The notes under the pieces: generated by a model
Database searches by the model: none
Told to the model about the DNA's origin: nothing
What the model saw: only the letters and a program-made list of their open reading frames with translations
Made by a program: the position numbers and the translations under genes
Shown here: positions 39,836-52,773 of the stretch, piece after piece
Layout: each line of letters begins with the position of its first letter
Position numbering within the stretch: the first letter of the stretch is position 1
Assembly (NCBI GenBank): GCA_013265495.1
Contig: MU057993.1
Span: forward strand, 1 to 64,000
From: Vicugna vicugna
Taxonomy: Eukaryota
Direction: 5' to 3'
DNA length: 64,000 bases

Positions 39836-40656
39836 GCACCCAGCAGCCTGAGACTGCAGGGTGACCCTTGCAGAAGTGAAGGGCCAAGTCCCTGCTTCCT
39901 CTGGAGGAGCACAGGTAAAACACATGCCCCCATATGTGGAGACCCCTGGCACAGAGCCTTGGACCCCCATGGGTCAGGTGGCCCTTGGCCTGTGTCACTT
40001 GAGGATTGGACACAGACAGACCCAGGGTGGCACCTGATGTTTGGATCCCAGCTTTGGTACCCAAGACACCTCCCTATGAGGGAGCTCCCATCATTTCCAG
40101 GCTCCTGGAAAGAAGGGGCCACCCCCAAGTGAAGGCCTGTGGGACAGTCATGAGGATACTCAGAGAGGCTGAGCCAAAGATTCTAGCCCAGTTCATGTGG
40201 ACCGGGGTAAAGGGGGTCTGTCTGGGTTGGGCTGGAGGGAAAGGAGGCCATAGGGCCACCCCCTGCAGCTTCATCTGCTCTGCCCCATCAGTCCTGCCCC
40301 TCAGTGCATCACCCCCCTTTCCTGGGCATCCTGGCCAGCCTCTAGTCCCAACCCCGTGGGCTCCAGCTCACGGAGCGCCGCCCAGCAACAGTCCGTGCCC
40401 CAGGAGGGAGACGGCTCCTTACTCCAGCCCTGCAGTCGGGAAATCACTGGGAGAGGTGACCCTATTTACCCAGAGTCACAGAGCTGGCAGCTGGTGGAGC
40501 CTGCATTCCCAACATCAGGGTTTTAACTTTTCTATTTCCTCTGTGATCACAGCGTCTAGTATTTAAATGTACATGTGTTTGTGAGTTTCAGTTTCCACAT
40601 TTTTACATCTAAAATAATTATTAAATACAGTATAAATTCAACATGATTATAAATTT

Positions 40657-40855
40657 AAAAGGGGATATACAAACTATTGTATATAAAATAGATAAGCAAC
40701 CAGGATTTACTGTGCATCATGGAGAATTAGACCCAATATCTTGTAATAATGTATAACGGAGTATAATCTGCAAAAGCACCAAGTCATTATGCTGTACACC
40801 TGAAACTAACACAATATTGTAAATCAGCTATACTTCAATAACAATAGAATAAAAA
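40657..40855 (+). mobile_element. L1 3' end fragment (artiodactyl type)
   Basis: atatacaaactattgtatataaaatagataagcaac...gctgtacacctgaaactaacacaatattgtaaatc. Confidence 0.8.
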
Positions 40856-43800
40856 GAATACATACTACCTTGTTAATTAAGATATAAGGAATGTTTCAAA
40901 TGAGACAGCAGAAGGTAAAGTGCTTTAAAACAAAGGTGCTGTGGCAGTGGAGACGTGGGGGGTGTATTCATTGCTTCTCTTAGTATTTTATTGTATTTAC
41001 CTAATTCTTTCATTGGAGGAAATGGGATTAGTGAAAAGCCACAGGTCTTTTGTCTGGTGACACAGAGGGTGGCTGGTGACTGGAGACTGAGGTGACCTCA
41101 AGCCCTGGGAAAGTGAGCATCTTGGGTGGAGATGTCTGAGGGGGGCCCTCCTGGAAGGGGAGCCTGGGTGGCAAATGGGATGGTTTCCATTTTTGTGTGT
41201 CCATCATTTCAGAAATTGGGCGCAATGAAGACAGTGCCCTGATCCATGGGCAGCCACAGCACTACTAGGGAAAGTTACTCGACAGGTGCTAAAGATGGAA
41301 CACTATATTCAGGAGGGACTCTCCAAGGGATGACATGGCTAGGCGGAACCAGGCCCAAGTCCACCTTCGGCCTAGTCCAGTGGGGGTTACGGCCCAGGAA
41401 CAGGGTGGGGTCATGGATGAAGACTCACTGAGAGGAAACATCCCTGGTCTGGGCTCTGGCTGGCCCTTAAGTGGTTCCTGCTGCAGGCAGTCCAGGTGGT
41501 CAGATTCCCTTGGGTGGTCAAATCCCACCCCTGGCTAAGCTGACTCGGCAGGGGACTTGCCTGGGTGACATGGGCCCAGCAGGATGATGCTGAAGGTCAG
41601 ATGATGGAGGTCTAGTCTGGAGAAGCCAAGATTTGGTCAAGGAAGGGTCATGTGCCTCATGGAGGATTTGTTTGTCCAGGGGGTAGTGCTCTCAGACTCA
41701 GACCCTGGAAGCAGGTGCTTCACACACCGCATGTATCCAGAGGTGCCCTGAGACTGTGAGTTAGAGGCTGCACTGGTGGGGGCTTTGCAAGTGGATAAGA
41801 AATCAAACTAAGGTTAGAGACCTGGAAATCCAAGGCTCAGAGAGGGCAAGTAACTCTTCCAAGGCTTCACAGTGAATGTGTATTGCTTCTTTATACTGAA
41901 GACAAGTCCCCCATCCTCATCTCCCCTGTGAGGTGTTCCCTCTACTGCTGCCTCGAGAGTCCTAGCCCAACACACTCAAAAGACTCCCCACGGTCAGCAG
42001 GTCAAAGAGCAGAACTCTTAATGTTTGCCAAGGACCTTGTTAATTTGAACAATACAGAAAAGTACAAAAACGGAAAACAAGTTTCCCATAAATAGGCATG
42101 TCACTCTTAGTAATGTTTGTGTTGTTCCTTATGTTTAACTGCCGGAACGTGAGCTTGGGTATATTCGCCATCATTATGCATACATTATGATATACTCACT
42201 GAGGTCATTGTAGGATTTTAACATGAAAAATAACATAAATAAATTAGAAGAAATCATTTAATTTAAATGTAAATTAAATCACATTGTGAAAGTGTTGCAA
42301 ATTCCCTCTCTGTTGCAATGTGTAAATTGTTTATATTTTATAGAGTAGCAAATTTCCTAAAAATTCAAAACAGCAAATACTTTTTGAACACCTGCATACA
42401 CACAAGGTATATACTATGTATGATTTATACATACTGCAATGTCTATGTGTCAATATTCATGTACATAACTGCATAGACCGACGTGGAGATTTCTCACGCT
42501 GTTCCTTGGGCTTAATTCCTACATGTAACCAGTTTTGAAGTTTGCTGCAAATCCTATTGGGTTTGTTTTATGTTTTTGTTTTTGTTTTTTTAAGTAGAGC
42601 TAAAATTATATTCCAGGTCAATATGCTCCAAATTCCGTGTTCTTTCCATGAAATGAGATAATGCACATAAAATAGAAGGAATGCCTGGTTTGTAGCAAGA
42701 CTCAGGATTAGCTGTCATCCTGTTTCATTTCTATCAATGCTGCTAAGTGGAATTAGCTGCTCAGTTAGTGAATACTTGGTGCACACGTTGTTCTCAGCAC
42801 CACAGTAAGTACAGAAGGTATCTGAGAGGGTTTGAGTGACAAAGGCTATGCAATGTCATTTTCATTTTAATATATACCTACAGTTAAGTGTGGCACAGAG
42901 ACCATTGTAATATATCAGGTTATAAATTAGATCTTCAAGGCCATATTGATCTTAAAGTTTACAGATTGCCTTCATTCTCCAAATATTACCATTGCCCCTC
43001 CCTTGATTTTGATAAAGACAGGTTGTAGGAGTGTGGCAATTTATGTGTGGGTCTTTGCTGTAGTGTGTGTAATCAGCAGCACACAGATACACCGAGCTTT
43101 GTGGCCCACCTTTCCAGAAATATATGATTTCAAGTCTGGCTGCCCTCCCTGTTCATATCAAACTCTATACCAGCCCACTGAGGATGAAGAACTGTCTCCT
43201 GAGGCAGCTCAGACAGCTCTGATTGCTAGAAATTTCCATGTGGTGGCCTTTAAATTTAACTTGGCCAGAGTAAAATCTCACTAAGCTGAGCCTTCAGACA
43301 GGGATGGCACACTTGATCTTTGATAACACAGAATTTACGCCAGCAAATTTTCAGGATTCTCATCCAATAAAGGCCATTCAGGCTAATGTTAGTGGCTTCC
43401 TCCAAAGAGGGCTCTGTACACGGAAGTTTCTTTAACCATGTGCTTCTAGATGCAGAGATGGGCTCTTAGGTGTAAGGGTTGTAATTCTGTGACACTGTGT
43501 TGTGAAAGGTGCACCTCTTATGGACTTTAATAAAAGCATGAGTTAATTTTATAAAACTCATAAATGAGTGAGTGACTAAGGTCACATTCCTAGAACTCCT
43601 GACAACTGCTCAGAATTTCAGAATGCCTGAAGCTCTGGGACAGTCACCTGCCCCCACCCCTTGCATCAGGAATTGTGCTTTGGGTGGGTGGCCTTCCCTG
43701 CTGTGTTCTAGAAATAATGCAACATGTTGTTTAAGTATTCTGGAATTTAGCTTTTTGATTTAGTCAGCCTGGCCTTGTTCCAGATAAGATGGCCTGGATA

Positions 43801-44517
43801 TGCAAAGGGTTACAGTTTAATTTACAAGGGAGATGTTCAAAGCACAGGAATGTGGATATGCAGACCTAAAGGAAGCCAGTGGTCTGGGCACAGGCCCCCT
43901 GTGCCGTGTTTGGGAGAATCAAGGGATCCACATTATTTGTTGAAGTGTTCTGAGTTGGTTTCCCTCGTTTTGTTTGTAGTGATATTGAAGGGGCTGTGTT
44001 TAGATCCTGGCTTTGTTTTGTAACCTCAACTTTATGGTTTTTGACTCATCAATGTTTGTACTTGCAGTGGGTTTATTATTATTATTCTGGTCCCTGGGGT
44101 ACAGGCTCATCCTGTGTTGGCAGTACCTGCCCCAGCCATTGCCATGTGGACACTCAGGATTTCCATTCCTGAAGCCTCCCCAGTCCAGAAGTCTGAGCTT
44201 ATTTGACCTGCTTTGAAAAGGTGTGCATATATACATTTTTAACATTCTTCAGTATCCCCGTTAAGAAGGAGGACTTTAATTTCTACTAGGTAGAATGTTC
44301 TTTTTTCTTCATATTTTTTTCTTTTGCAGTGGCCCTGCGTGCCTGCACAACGTGAGTGTGTCCTGCCACGCTGCTTCATGCAACCCCATGCCCCACTGTA
44401 CAACCGTTAGATTGCTCCTTAGTTGGTGTTCTGTGGTTTTACATCAGATTTAATATTGATGTCTGGTGGATCCAGAGGTCCTGGTGATTGTCTGTGTGTT
44501 TATCTCATAAGCCTTAT

Positions 44518-45095
44518 TGTTTCAGAAAGAGTAGCCCCTGTCCCTGACAAGCCAAATAACAGAGACAAGTTCTTAGAGTTTAGAAGAAAAGAGCAAGCTT
44601 TATTATTTTGCCAGGCAAAGCGGACCCACAGCAGGCTAGTGCCTTCAAAATTATGAAGCCATCTTGGGGATGGGGCAGGGTGATTAGCCATAGCTTAAAC
44701 AATGAAGCATTGATAACAACCAACAGGATCATTTTTTCATCAGAAGACTTAGAATGGCGTCATAATGCCTCCAGGTGACCAATTCTATAGAGGCTAGTGG
44801 TTACATCTCTTTATATTGTAAGCACTTAAGATGTGCTCTTGGTAATTTGGGCTATTTTGTAAGGTTACAGTCCCGTGACTTTCTCCCTGGAGAAGAACTC
44901 AGAGACCAAGCATGATTATGACTTTCGATTACTGGAATAAAATAGGAACAGTAAGATCAATGGCTTTAGTTTTAACACTGGGCCTGGAGCTGTGGGTAGC
45001 AACTGGTCGGTCAGGTTCATTAACCATTCTAAGGGCAAGCATCAGAATAAGCAGTCTGTTAACATAAGTGTGACCATTTGATTATTCCCCCTTCA
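44518..45095 (-). mobile_element. ERV1-like solo LTR, same family as 13277-13862
   Basis: Minus strand starts tgaagggggaataatcaaatggtcacacttatgttaacag, matching the 13277 copy; flanks ttat/tcat. Confidence 0.85.
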
Positions 45096-45811
45096 TCATG
45101 ACTCATTGAGAATGGAAGGTGGGGACTTCAGATCTTCTTGCCAAACTCTTGCTTTCCACCCGACATTTAAAATTTATCTTATCCCATTCAGCTCCTCGGC
45201 CCTTCCCAGGCCCTAACCCTAACCCTGCAGCCACTGAGTCTCTCCTTGGGGCTCTTGCAGGCCTCTCCCAAAGACAAACTCAGAGTCTCTACATATTCAA
45301 GTTTTGCTGCTAATAACTTCTGAAAAAAAAAAGTACATTTAATTTTTTTCAGAATAGTAAAGTTATAAAGCTCAAGAAAATGTTTACAGAAGCCTAAATT
45401 TCAGAATTCTTTTTATAAAATGTATTTTTAAATTCTTCAGGTAATACGTATTTTGTGTGAAAACATAAGCAATACTGAAATATATGGAGTAAAACTTTCT
45501 CTGTAGACCTTAGTTTTCTGGTTGGAGGGTTTGCACATAAAAATTTTGATAGATACTAACAAATGGATGCTTTCCAAAGATGTCATACCATTTACAGGCC
45601 ACCACCACCGGCAGCCTTTGAAGGCTTCCCAACAGGTTTTCCAACACTGGGAACGTGTTTGCAAGTGTTTAACAGTTTGATAGGTGGGAAAATAGCTTTT
45701 CACATTTGATTATATTTCTCTGATTATAATAGAGTTGAGTATCTTTTACTATGTTATTGTTTGGCTCTTTTCTGAGACAGGAAATAAAAGTACTGGGAAG
45801 GTGTGAGGTGC

Positions 45812-45991
45812 TGTTACTGAGTCTAAATATGTCCTGCTCACCACATGACAGACCAATAAAAGGGGAGACGAGGTGTTGGAGCAAGGAATAGTGACTTTAT
45901 TTGGAAAGTCGGCCAATTGACAAGATGGCATACTAATATCCTGGGAAACCATATTCCCCAGTCAGAATTCAGTCTCCTTTTATACTAGAAA
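45812..45991 (-). mobile_element. LTR 3' fragment (second copy about 50214-50393)
   Basis: tgttactgagtc...gagacgaggtgttggagcaaggaatagtgactttatt...ccttttatacta reads as a reverse LTR end with poly(A) signal and TATA. Confidence 0.7.
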
Positions 45992-46667
45992 GTGTGGGTT
46001 CTATCCAGCAGTAGTGCCAATGAGATGGAATGTATAACTCAAGACTCTGTGGAAAGTCAATAGAGTGAGAAGGAATCAGAGACCAACTCAATTGACCCTC
46101 TCAAATGCTCTCACATCTATCGTGTAGCATCAAAGAAAAAATCACCGACAATTGTGTGAAAGAATGCAAGAACTTTCCTCTTGAGACTTGAGCTCCTAAG
46201 AAGGACATGTTCAAAGCTCCCGTTCCCCCTTCCCTCTGCCCCTAGATGAATGAACACAGTCCCTGAACCCACCTGGGCTGAGCCCAGGCAATACACACAG
46301 CCAAATGCCTGCTGCCCATCCCCAGGCTTGGCCACATCCTCCCCTTGGCAGGTCCATGTACCCAGCACCTCTGCCCTTGGGGCCTGGATCACAATACATG
46401 CCATCAGCCTGGGACCACCCTGGGGCATAGCCTGGGACACCAAAGCCTCTGGCTCAGAGGAGGTACAGGGCACAGGGGGAAGTGCCCCTGGGCGGGAATT
46501 TGACCTGCCTCCAGCCTTGCCTGCCGACCCCCAGAGCCTGGACACAGGGCTGTTTGTCCACACACTGCACCAGATCTCTGACTGGTGGCTGTCACCATGG
46601 TGACTGGAGAGTGAACCGCCCCAGCACACATGGGGTGAAGGGTGAGGGGGTCAGCTTGGGGTAGGGG

Positions 46668-47289
46668 TGAGACAGGATGGAAAGGGGCAGGCGCAATGCT
46701 ACAGCACATTAAGATGGTGAAAGAGTCAACCCCCAGTAGGCCATGAGGCTCAGGATAATGAGAGATTTAACTTCAAGTAGATCTTGAGCTTCATTATACT
46801 CTCAGTGGAATAAATTAAATTGGTAAATAACACGCCCACAGGCACCATGGAAGTCCAAAGGCTGGCCACAAAAGGTCAAAGAGTGGGAAATGGCCAAATT
46901 CCTGGGTATCACAGCACCTTCCCCTGGCTACTTAGACTAGTCCTTCCACTTATTAACATATGAAGCCACCAAGCTCATAAAAATCAACAACATGGCATCT
47001 CACGGTCGCCCCTCTCTCTCTCTTTGGGGACAGCCTACATTCTGTCTATGGAACGTGTCCCTACTTTTAATCTGAGCACCCAACCCCCACACCTCGTGAA
47101 CATTCTCTGGCCTTTCTCTTGCATTTCAGTGTATCTCTCTGAATAAACTACCTTCACTCAACTGTGACTCTCTCTTGAATGCTTTCCTGCATGAAGCCAA
47201 GGACCCACACTTGGCGGGGCATGTCCCAGGGGCTCAACTGAGACCTGGACTTTGCCTTCCTCACGCCCCACATCTGTTTTCCTGCCTCA
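46668..47289 (+). mobile_element. MER41-like ERV1 solo LTR
   Basis: TGAGACAGG...CCTGCCTCA termini, gggg/gggg TSD, aataaac followed by cttgaatgctttcctgcatgaagccaagga. Confidence 0.75.
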
Positions 47290-48537
47290 GGGGTGCACTC
47301 AGAGTGAGGGGGGTATCCTGCAGTGGCGGAAACATGCTGAGGGTTGGGCCCCTCAGAATGGAAATGACCTGGCTGAGGGTTAAGGCTGCAATCTTGGGAT
47401 GAGGGGAAAATCTTGGAATGAGGGGCCTGGGGTGAGGTATGAGGGGTCATCTTGGGGTGCAGGCCCCTTAGATTAGGACATAGTGGGGCAGAATGTGGCG
47501 GCGGGGACCTCAGTATAAGAAGGTGTTTCATCTTGGGGGTCCTGTCAGGGACCTGGCCTAGCCTGGGGTGAGGGGCCAGTGACAGGGGTTTGGACAAGCA
47601 GGAGTGTGGCTGGGGGTGTGGCCTGGCCCAGGGCAGGTGTTGGTGGTTTGNNNNNNNNNNNNNNNNNNNNNNNNNNNNNNNNNNNNNNNNNNNNNNNNNN
47701 NNNNNNNNNNNNNNNNNNNNNNNNNNNNNNNNNNNNNNNNNNNNNNNNNNNNNNNNNNNNNNNNNNNNNNNNNNNNNNNNNNNNNNNNNNNNNNNNNNNN
47801 NNNNNNNNNNNNNNNNNNNNNNNNNNNNNNNNNNNNNNNNNNNNNNNNNNNNNNNNNNNNNNNNNNNNNNNNNNNNNNNNNNNNNNNNNNNNNNNNNNNN
47901 NNNNNNNNNNNNNNNNNNNNNNNNNNNNNNNNNNNNNNNNNNNNNNNNNNNNNNNNNNNNNNNNNNNNNNNNNNNNNNNNNNNNNNNNNNNNNNNNNNNN
48001 NNNNNNNNNNNNNNNNNNNNNNNNNNNNNNNNNNNNNNNNNNNNNNNNNNNNNNNNNNNNNNNNNNNNNNNNNNNNNNNNNNNNNNNNNNNNNNNNNNNN
48101 NNNNNNNNNNNNNNNNNNNNNNNNNNNNNNNNNNNNNNNNNNNNNNNNNNNNNNNNNNNNNNNNNNNNNNNNNNNNNNNNNNNNNNNNNNNNNNNNNNNN
48201 NNNNNNNNNNNNNNNNNNNNNNNNNNNNNNNNNNNNNNNNNNNNNNNNNNNNNNNNNNNNNNNNNNNNNNNNNNNNNNNNNNNNNNNNNNNNNNNNNNNN
48301 NNNNNNNNNNNNNNNNNNNNNNNNNNNNNNNNNNNNNNNNNNNNNNNNNNNNNNNNNNNNNNNNNNNNNNNNNNNNNNNNNNNNNNNNNNNNNNNNNNNN
48401 NNNNNNNNNNNNNNNNNNNNNNNNNNNNNNNNNNNNNNNNNNNNNNNNNNNNNNNNNNNNNNNNNNNNNNNNNNNNNNNNNNNNNNNNNNNNNNNNNNNN
48501 NNNNNNNNNNNNNNNNNNNNNNNNNNNNNNNNNNNNN

Positions 48538-51500
48538 ATTGCCATGTGGACACTCAGGATTTCCATTCCTGAAGCCTCCCCAGTCCAGAAGTCTGAGCTT
48601 ATTTGACCTGCTTTGAAAAGGTGTGCATATATACATTTTTAACATTCTTCAGTATCCCCGTTAAGAAGGAGGACTTTAATTTCTACTAGGTAGAATGTTC
48701 TTTTTTCTTCATATTTTTTTCTTTTGCAGTGGCCCTGCGTGCCTGCACAACGTGAGTGTGTCCTGCCACGCTGCTTCATGCAACCCCATGCCCCACTGTA
48801 CAACCGTTAGATTGCTCCTTAGTTGGTGTTCTGTGGTTTTACATCAGATTTAATATTGATGTCTGGTGGATCCAGAGGTCCTGGTGATTGTCTGTGTGTT
48901 TATCTCATAAGCCTTATTGTTTCAGAAAGAGTAGCCCCTGTCCCTGACAAGCCAAATAACAGAGACAAGTTCTTAGAGTTTAGAAGAAAAGAGCAAGCTT
49001 TATTATTTTGCCAGGCAAAGCGGACCCACAGCAGGCTAGTGCCTTCAAAATTATGAAGCCATCTTGGGGATGGGGCAGGGTGATTAGCCATAGCTTAAAC
49101 AATGAAGCATTGATAACAACCAACAGGATCATTTTTTCATCAGAAGACTTAGAATGGCGTCATAATGCCTCCAGGTGACCAATTCTATAGAGGCTAGTGG
49201 TTACATCTCTTTATATTGTAAGCACTTAAGATGTGCTCTTGGTAATTTGGGCTATTTTGTAAGGTTACAGTCCCGTGACTTTCTCCCTGGAGAAGAACTC
49301 AGAGACCAAGCATGATTATGACTTTTGATTACTGGAATAAAATAGGAACAGTAAGATCAATGGCTTTAGTTTTAACACTGGGCCTGGAGCTGTGGGTAGC
49401 AACTGGTCGGTCAGGTTCATTAACCATTCTAAGGGCAAGCATCAGAATAAGCAGTCTGTTAACATAAGTGTGACCATTTGATTATTCCCCCTTCATCATG
49501 ACTCATTGAGAATGGAAGGTGGGGACTTCTGGGCTTCTTGCCACACTCTTGCTTTCCACCCGACATCTAAAATTTATCTTATCCCATTCAGCTCCTTGGC
49601 CCCTCCCAGGCCCTAACCCTAACCCTGCAGCCACTGAGTCTCTCCTTGGGGCTCTTGGAGGCCTCTCCCAAAGACAAACTCAGAGTCTCTACATATTCAA
49701 GTTTTGCTGCTAATCACTTCTGAAAAAAAAAAAGTACATTTAATTTTTTTCCAGAGTAGTAAAGTTATAAAGCCCAAGAAAATATTTACAGAAGCCTAAA
49801 TTTCAGAATTCTTTTTATAAAATGTATTTTTAAATTCTTCAGGTAATACGTATTTTGTGTGAAAACATAAGCAATACTGAAATATATGGAGTAAAACTTT
49901 CTCTGTAGACCTTAGTTTGCTGGTTGGAGGGTTTGCACATAAAAATTCTGATAGATACTAACAAATGGATGCTTTCCAAAGGTGTCATATCATTTACAGG
50001 CCACCACCACCGGCAGCCTTTGAAGGCTTCCCAGCAGGTTTCCCAACACTGGGAACGTCTTTGCAAGTGTTTAACAGTTTGATAGGTGGGAAAATAGCAT
50101 TTCATGTTTGATTATATTTCTCTGATTATAATAGAGTTGAGTATCTTTTACTATGTTATTGTTTGGCTCTTTTCTGAGACAGGAAATAAAAGTACTGGGA
50201 AGGTGTGAGGTGCTGTTACTGAGTCTAAACATGTTCTGCTCACCACATGACAGACCAATAAATGGGGAGACGAGGTGTTGGAGCAAGGAATAGCGACTTT
50301 ATTTGGAAAGTCAGCCAATTGACTAGATGGCAGACTAATATCCTGGAAAACCATATTCCCCAGTCAGAATTCAGTCTCCTTTTATACTAGAAAGTGTGGG
50401 TTCTATCCAGCAGTAGTGCCAATGAGATGGAATGTATTACTCAAGACTCTGTGGAAAGTCAAGAGAGTGAGAAGGAATCAGGGACCAACTCAGTTGATCC
50501 TCTCAAATGCTCTCACATTTATTGTGAAGCATCAAAGAAAAAATCACTGACAATTGTGTGAAGGAATGCAGGAACTTTGCTCTTGAGACTTGAGCTCCTA
50601 AGAAGGACATGTTCAAAGCTCCCGTTCCCCCTTCCCTCTGCCCCTAGATGAATGAACACAGTCCCTGAACCCACCTGGGCTGAGCCCAGGCCATGCACAC
50701 AGCCAACTGCCTGCTGCCCATCCCCAGGCTTGGCCACAACCTCCCCTTGGCAGGTCCATGTACCCAGCACCTCTGCCCTTGGGGTCTGGATCACAATACA
50801 TGCCATCAGCCTGGGACCACCCTGGCACACAGCCTGGGACACCCTGAGCCTCTGGCTCAGAGGAGGTACAGGGCACAGGGGGAAGGGCCCCTGGGCGGGA
50901 ATTTGACCTGCCTCCAGCCTTGCCTGCTGAGCCCCAGAGCCTGGACACAGGGCTGTTTGTCCACACACTGCACCAGATCTCTGACTGGTGGCTGTCACCA
51001 TGGTAACTGGAGAGCGAACCGCCCCAGCACACACGGGGTGAAGGCTGAGGGGGTCAGCTTGGGGTAGGGGTGAGACAGGATGGAAAGGGGCAGGCGCAGC
51101 CATTCAAGGAATGCTACAGTAACTAACATTAAGATGGTGAAAGAGTCAACCCCCAGTAGGCCATGAGGCTCAGGATAATGAGAGATTTAACTTCAAGTAT
51201 ATCTTGAGCTTCATTATACTCTCAGTGTAATAAATTAACATGGTAAATAACACACCCACAGGCACCATGGAAGTCCAAAGGCTGGCCACAAAAGGTCAAA
51301 GAGTGGGAAATGGCCAAATTCCTGGGAATCACAGCACCTTCCCCTGGCTACTTAGACTGGTCCTTCCACTTATTAGCATATGAAGCAACCAAGCTCATAA
51401 AAACCAGCAACCTGGCATCTCACGGCCACCCCTCTCTCTCTTTTTGGAGACAGCCTACATTCTGTCTATGGAACGTGTCCCTACTTTTAATCTGAGCACC

Positions 51501-52070
51501 CAACCCACACACCTCATGAACTTTCTCTGGCCTTTCTCTTGCCTTTCAATGTATCTCTCTGAATAAACTACCTTCACTCAACTGTGGCTCTCTCTTGAAT
51601 GCTTTCCTGCATGAAGCCAAGGACCCACACTTGGCGGGACATGTCCCAGGGGCTCAACTGAGACCTGGGACATTGCCTTCCTCACGCCCCACATCTGTTT
51701 CCCTGCATCGGGGGTGCACTCATTGTGAGGGGGTATCCTGCAGTGGCGGAAACATGCTGAGGGTTGGGCCCCTCAGAATGGAAATGACCTGGCTGAGGGT
51801 TAAGGCTGCAATCTTGGGATGAGGGGAAAATCTTGGAATGAGGGGCCTGGGGTGAGGTATGAGGGGTCATCTTGGGGTGCAGGCCCCTTAGATTAGGACA
51901 TAGTGGGGCAGAATGTGGCGGCGGGGACCTCAGTATAAGAAGGTGTTTCATCTTGGGGGTCCTGTCAGGGACCTGGCCTAGCCTGGGGTGAGGGGCCAGT
52001 GACAGGGGTTTGGACAAGCAGGAGTGTGGCTGGGGGTGTGGCCTGGCCCAGGGCAGGTGTTGGTGGTTTG
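48538..52070 (+). repeat. Copy 2 of the ~3.5 kb direct duplication
   Basis: Collinear with 44138-47650; contains LTR copies at 48918-49495 and 51071-51710. Confidence 0.97.
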
Positions 52071-52730
52071 CTTGGGCGCCAGGACCCGGTCTGTGGCGGG
52101 GTGGGGCGTTGGGAATGGGCCTCGTCCAGCCCAGCTCGCCACTCGCTGTGCTGCAGGAGCCGCTGCCCAAGCACCGGCGCTGCGGGCGGGCAGGGGAGGT
52201 TGCGCGCAGGCCGCCCGGACGCCAGTGCCCGCCCAGAGCTCGCGGAAGCTGTGCGGGAGCCAGGCGCTCCTGGACCAGCCCCCCGAGGAGGAAAACGGCC
52301 TTGGATCTGGGCAGCCGCCTGCTGTCCCCTTCGCTGGCCCCTCTGGGTAGGTGAAGGGATGCTGGTGGGGGCACGCAGGTCGGGGAGCCGGCGGGAGAGG
52401 CACACATGTGGGAGTGCGGAGGTGAGGCCGGGGCCGCGTGGCTCGTTAGGACCCCGAGGCCGGTCCGGGGCCGCCGCCATGTTTCGTTGTGCCCCCCCAA
52501 ATTAGTAGCCACTGAACCCCGCACCTTCACCGCCACTCATACGCTGGTTTGGGAAAGCGGGCGCAGCCCCAGGAGGTGGGAGGGCGCCGGCCGGGCCCAG
52601 AGCACCTCCGACTGACCCTCAGGCCAGGGTCCCCCGGCGCAGGTGGGCCTGCCTGATGAGTGGTGGCTGCCCCCAACCCTTCAAGGCACAGGCCACCTGG
52701 GGCGGAATAATGGGCGAGGCCCAGGTCTTT
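52071..52730. promoter_or_regulatory. CpG island with a possible plus-strand first-exon donor
   Basis: Dense CpG; GCGGAG|gtgagg with GT at 52422; YY1-like gccgccatgttt at 52473-52484; ends just before an L1. Confidence 0.55.
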
Positions 52731-52773
52731 GGGAGCTTGTCAGCCTGTTCTGAGATCAAAAGCCTTTGACAAG

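Larger units (their letters stand above)
44138..47650 (+). repeat. Copy 1 of a ~3.5 kb direct duplication
   Basis: Collinear with 48538-52070; the offset grows from 4400 to 4420. Confidence 0.97.

Noticed and set aside
45211..45226. ccctaaccctaaccct as an interstitial telomere
   Set aside because: Fewer than three units; chance-level.
47390..47650. G-run tract as a functional G-quadruplex or minisatellite
   Set aside because: Only loose atcttgg/tgagggg recurrences typical of CpG-island flanks; no support for function.
47154..48645. Long ORFs of 322-470 aa
   Set aside because: They run through the N gap; the same applies to 56185-56843.
51682..52536. 284-aa minus-strand ORF
   Set aside because: Pro/Arg/Ala-rich, no recognisable domain, several frames open; expected in a stop-poor CpG island.
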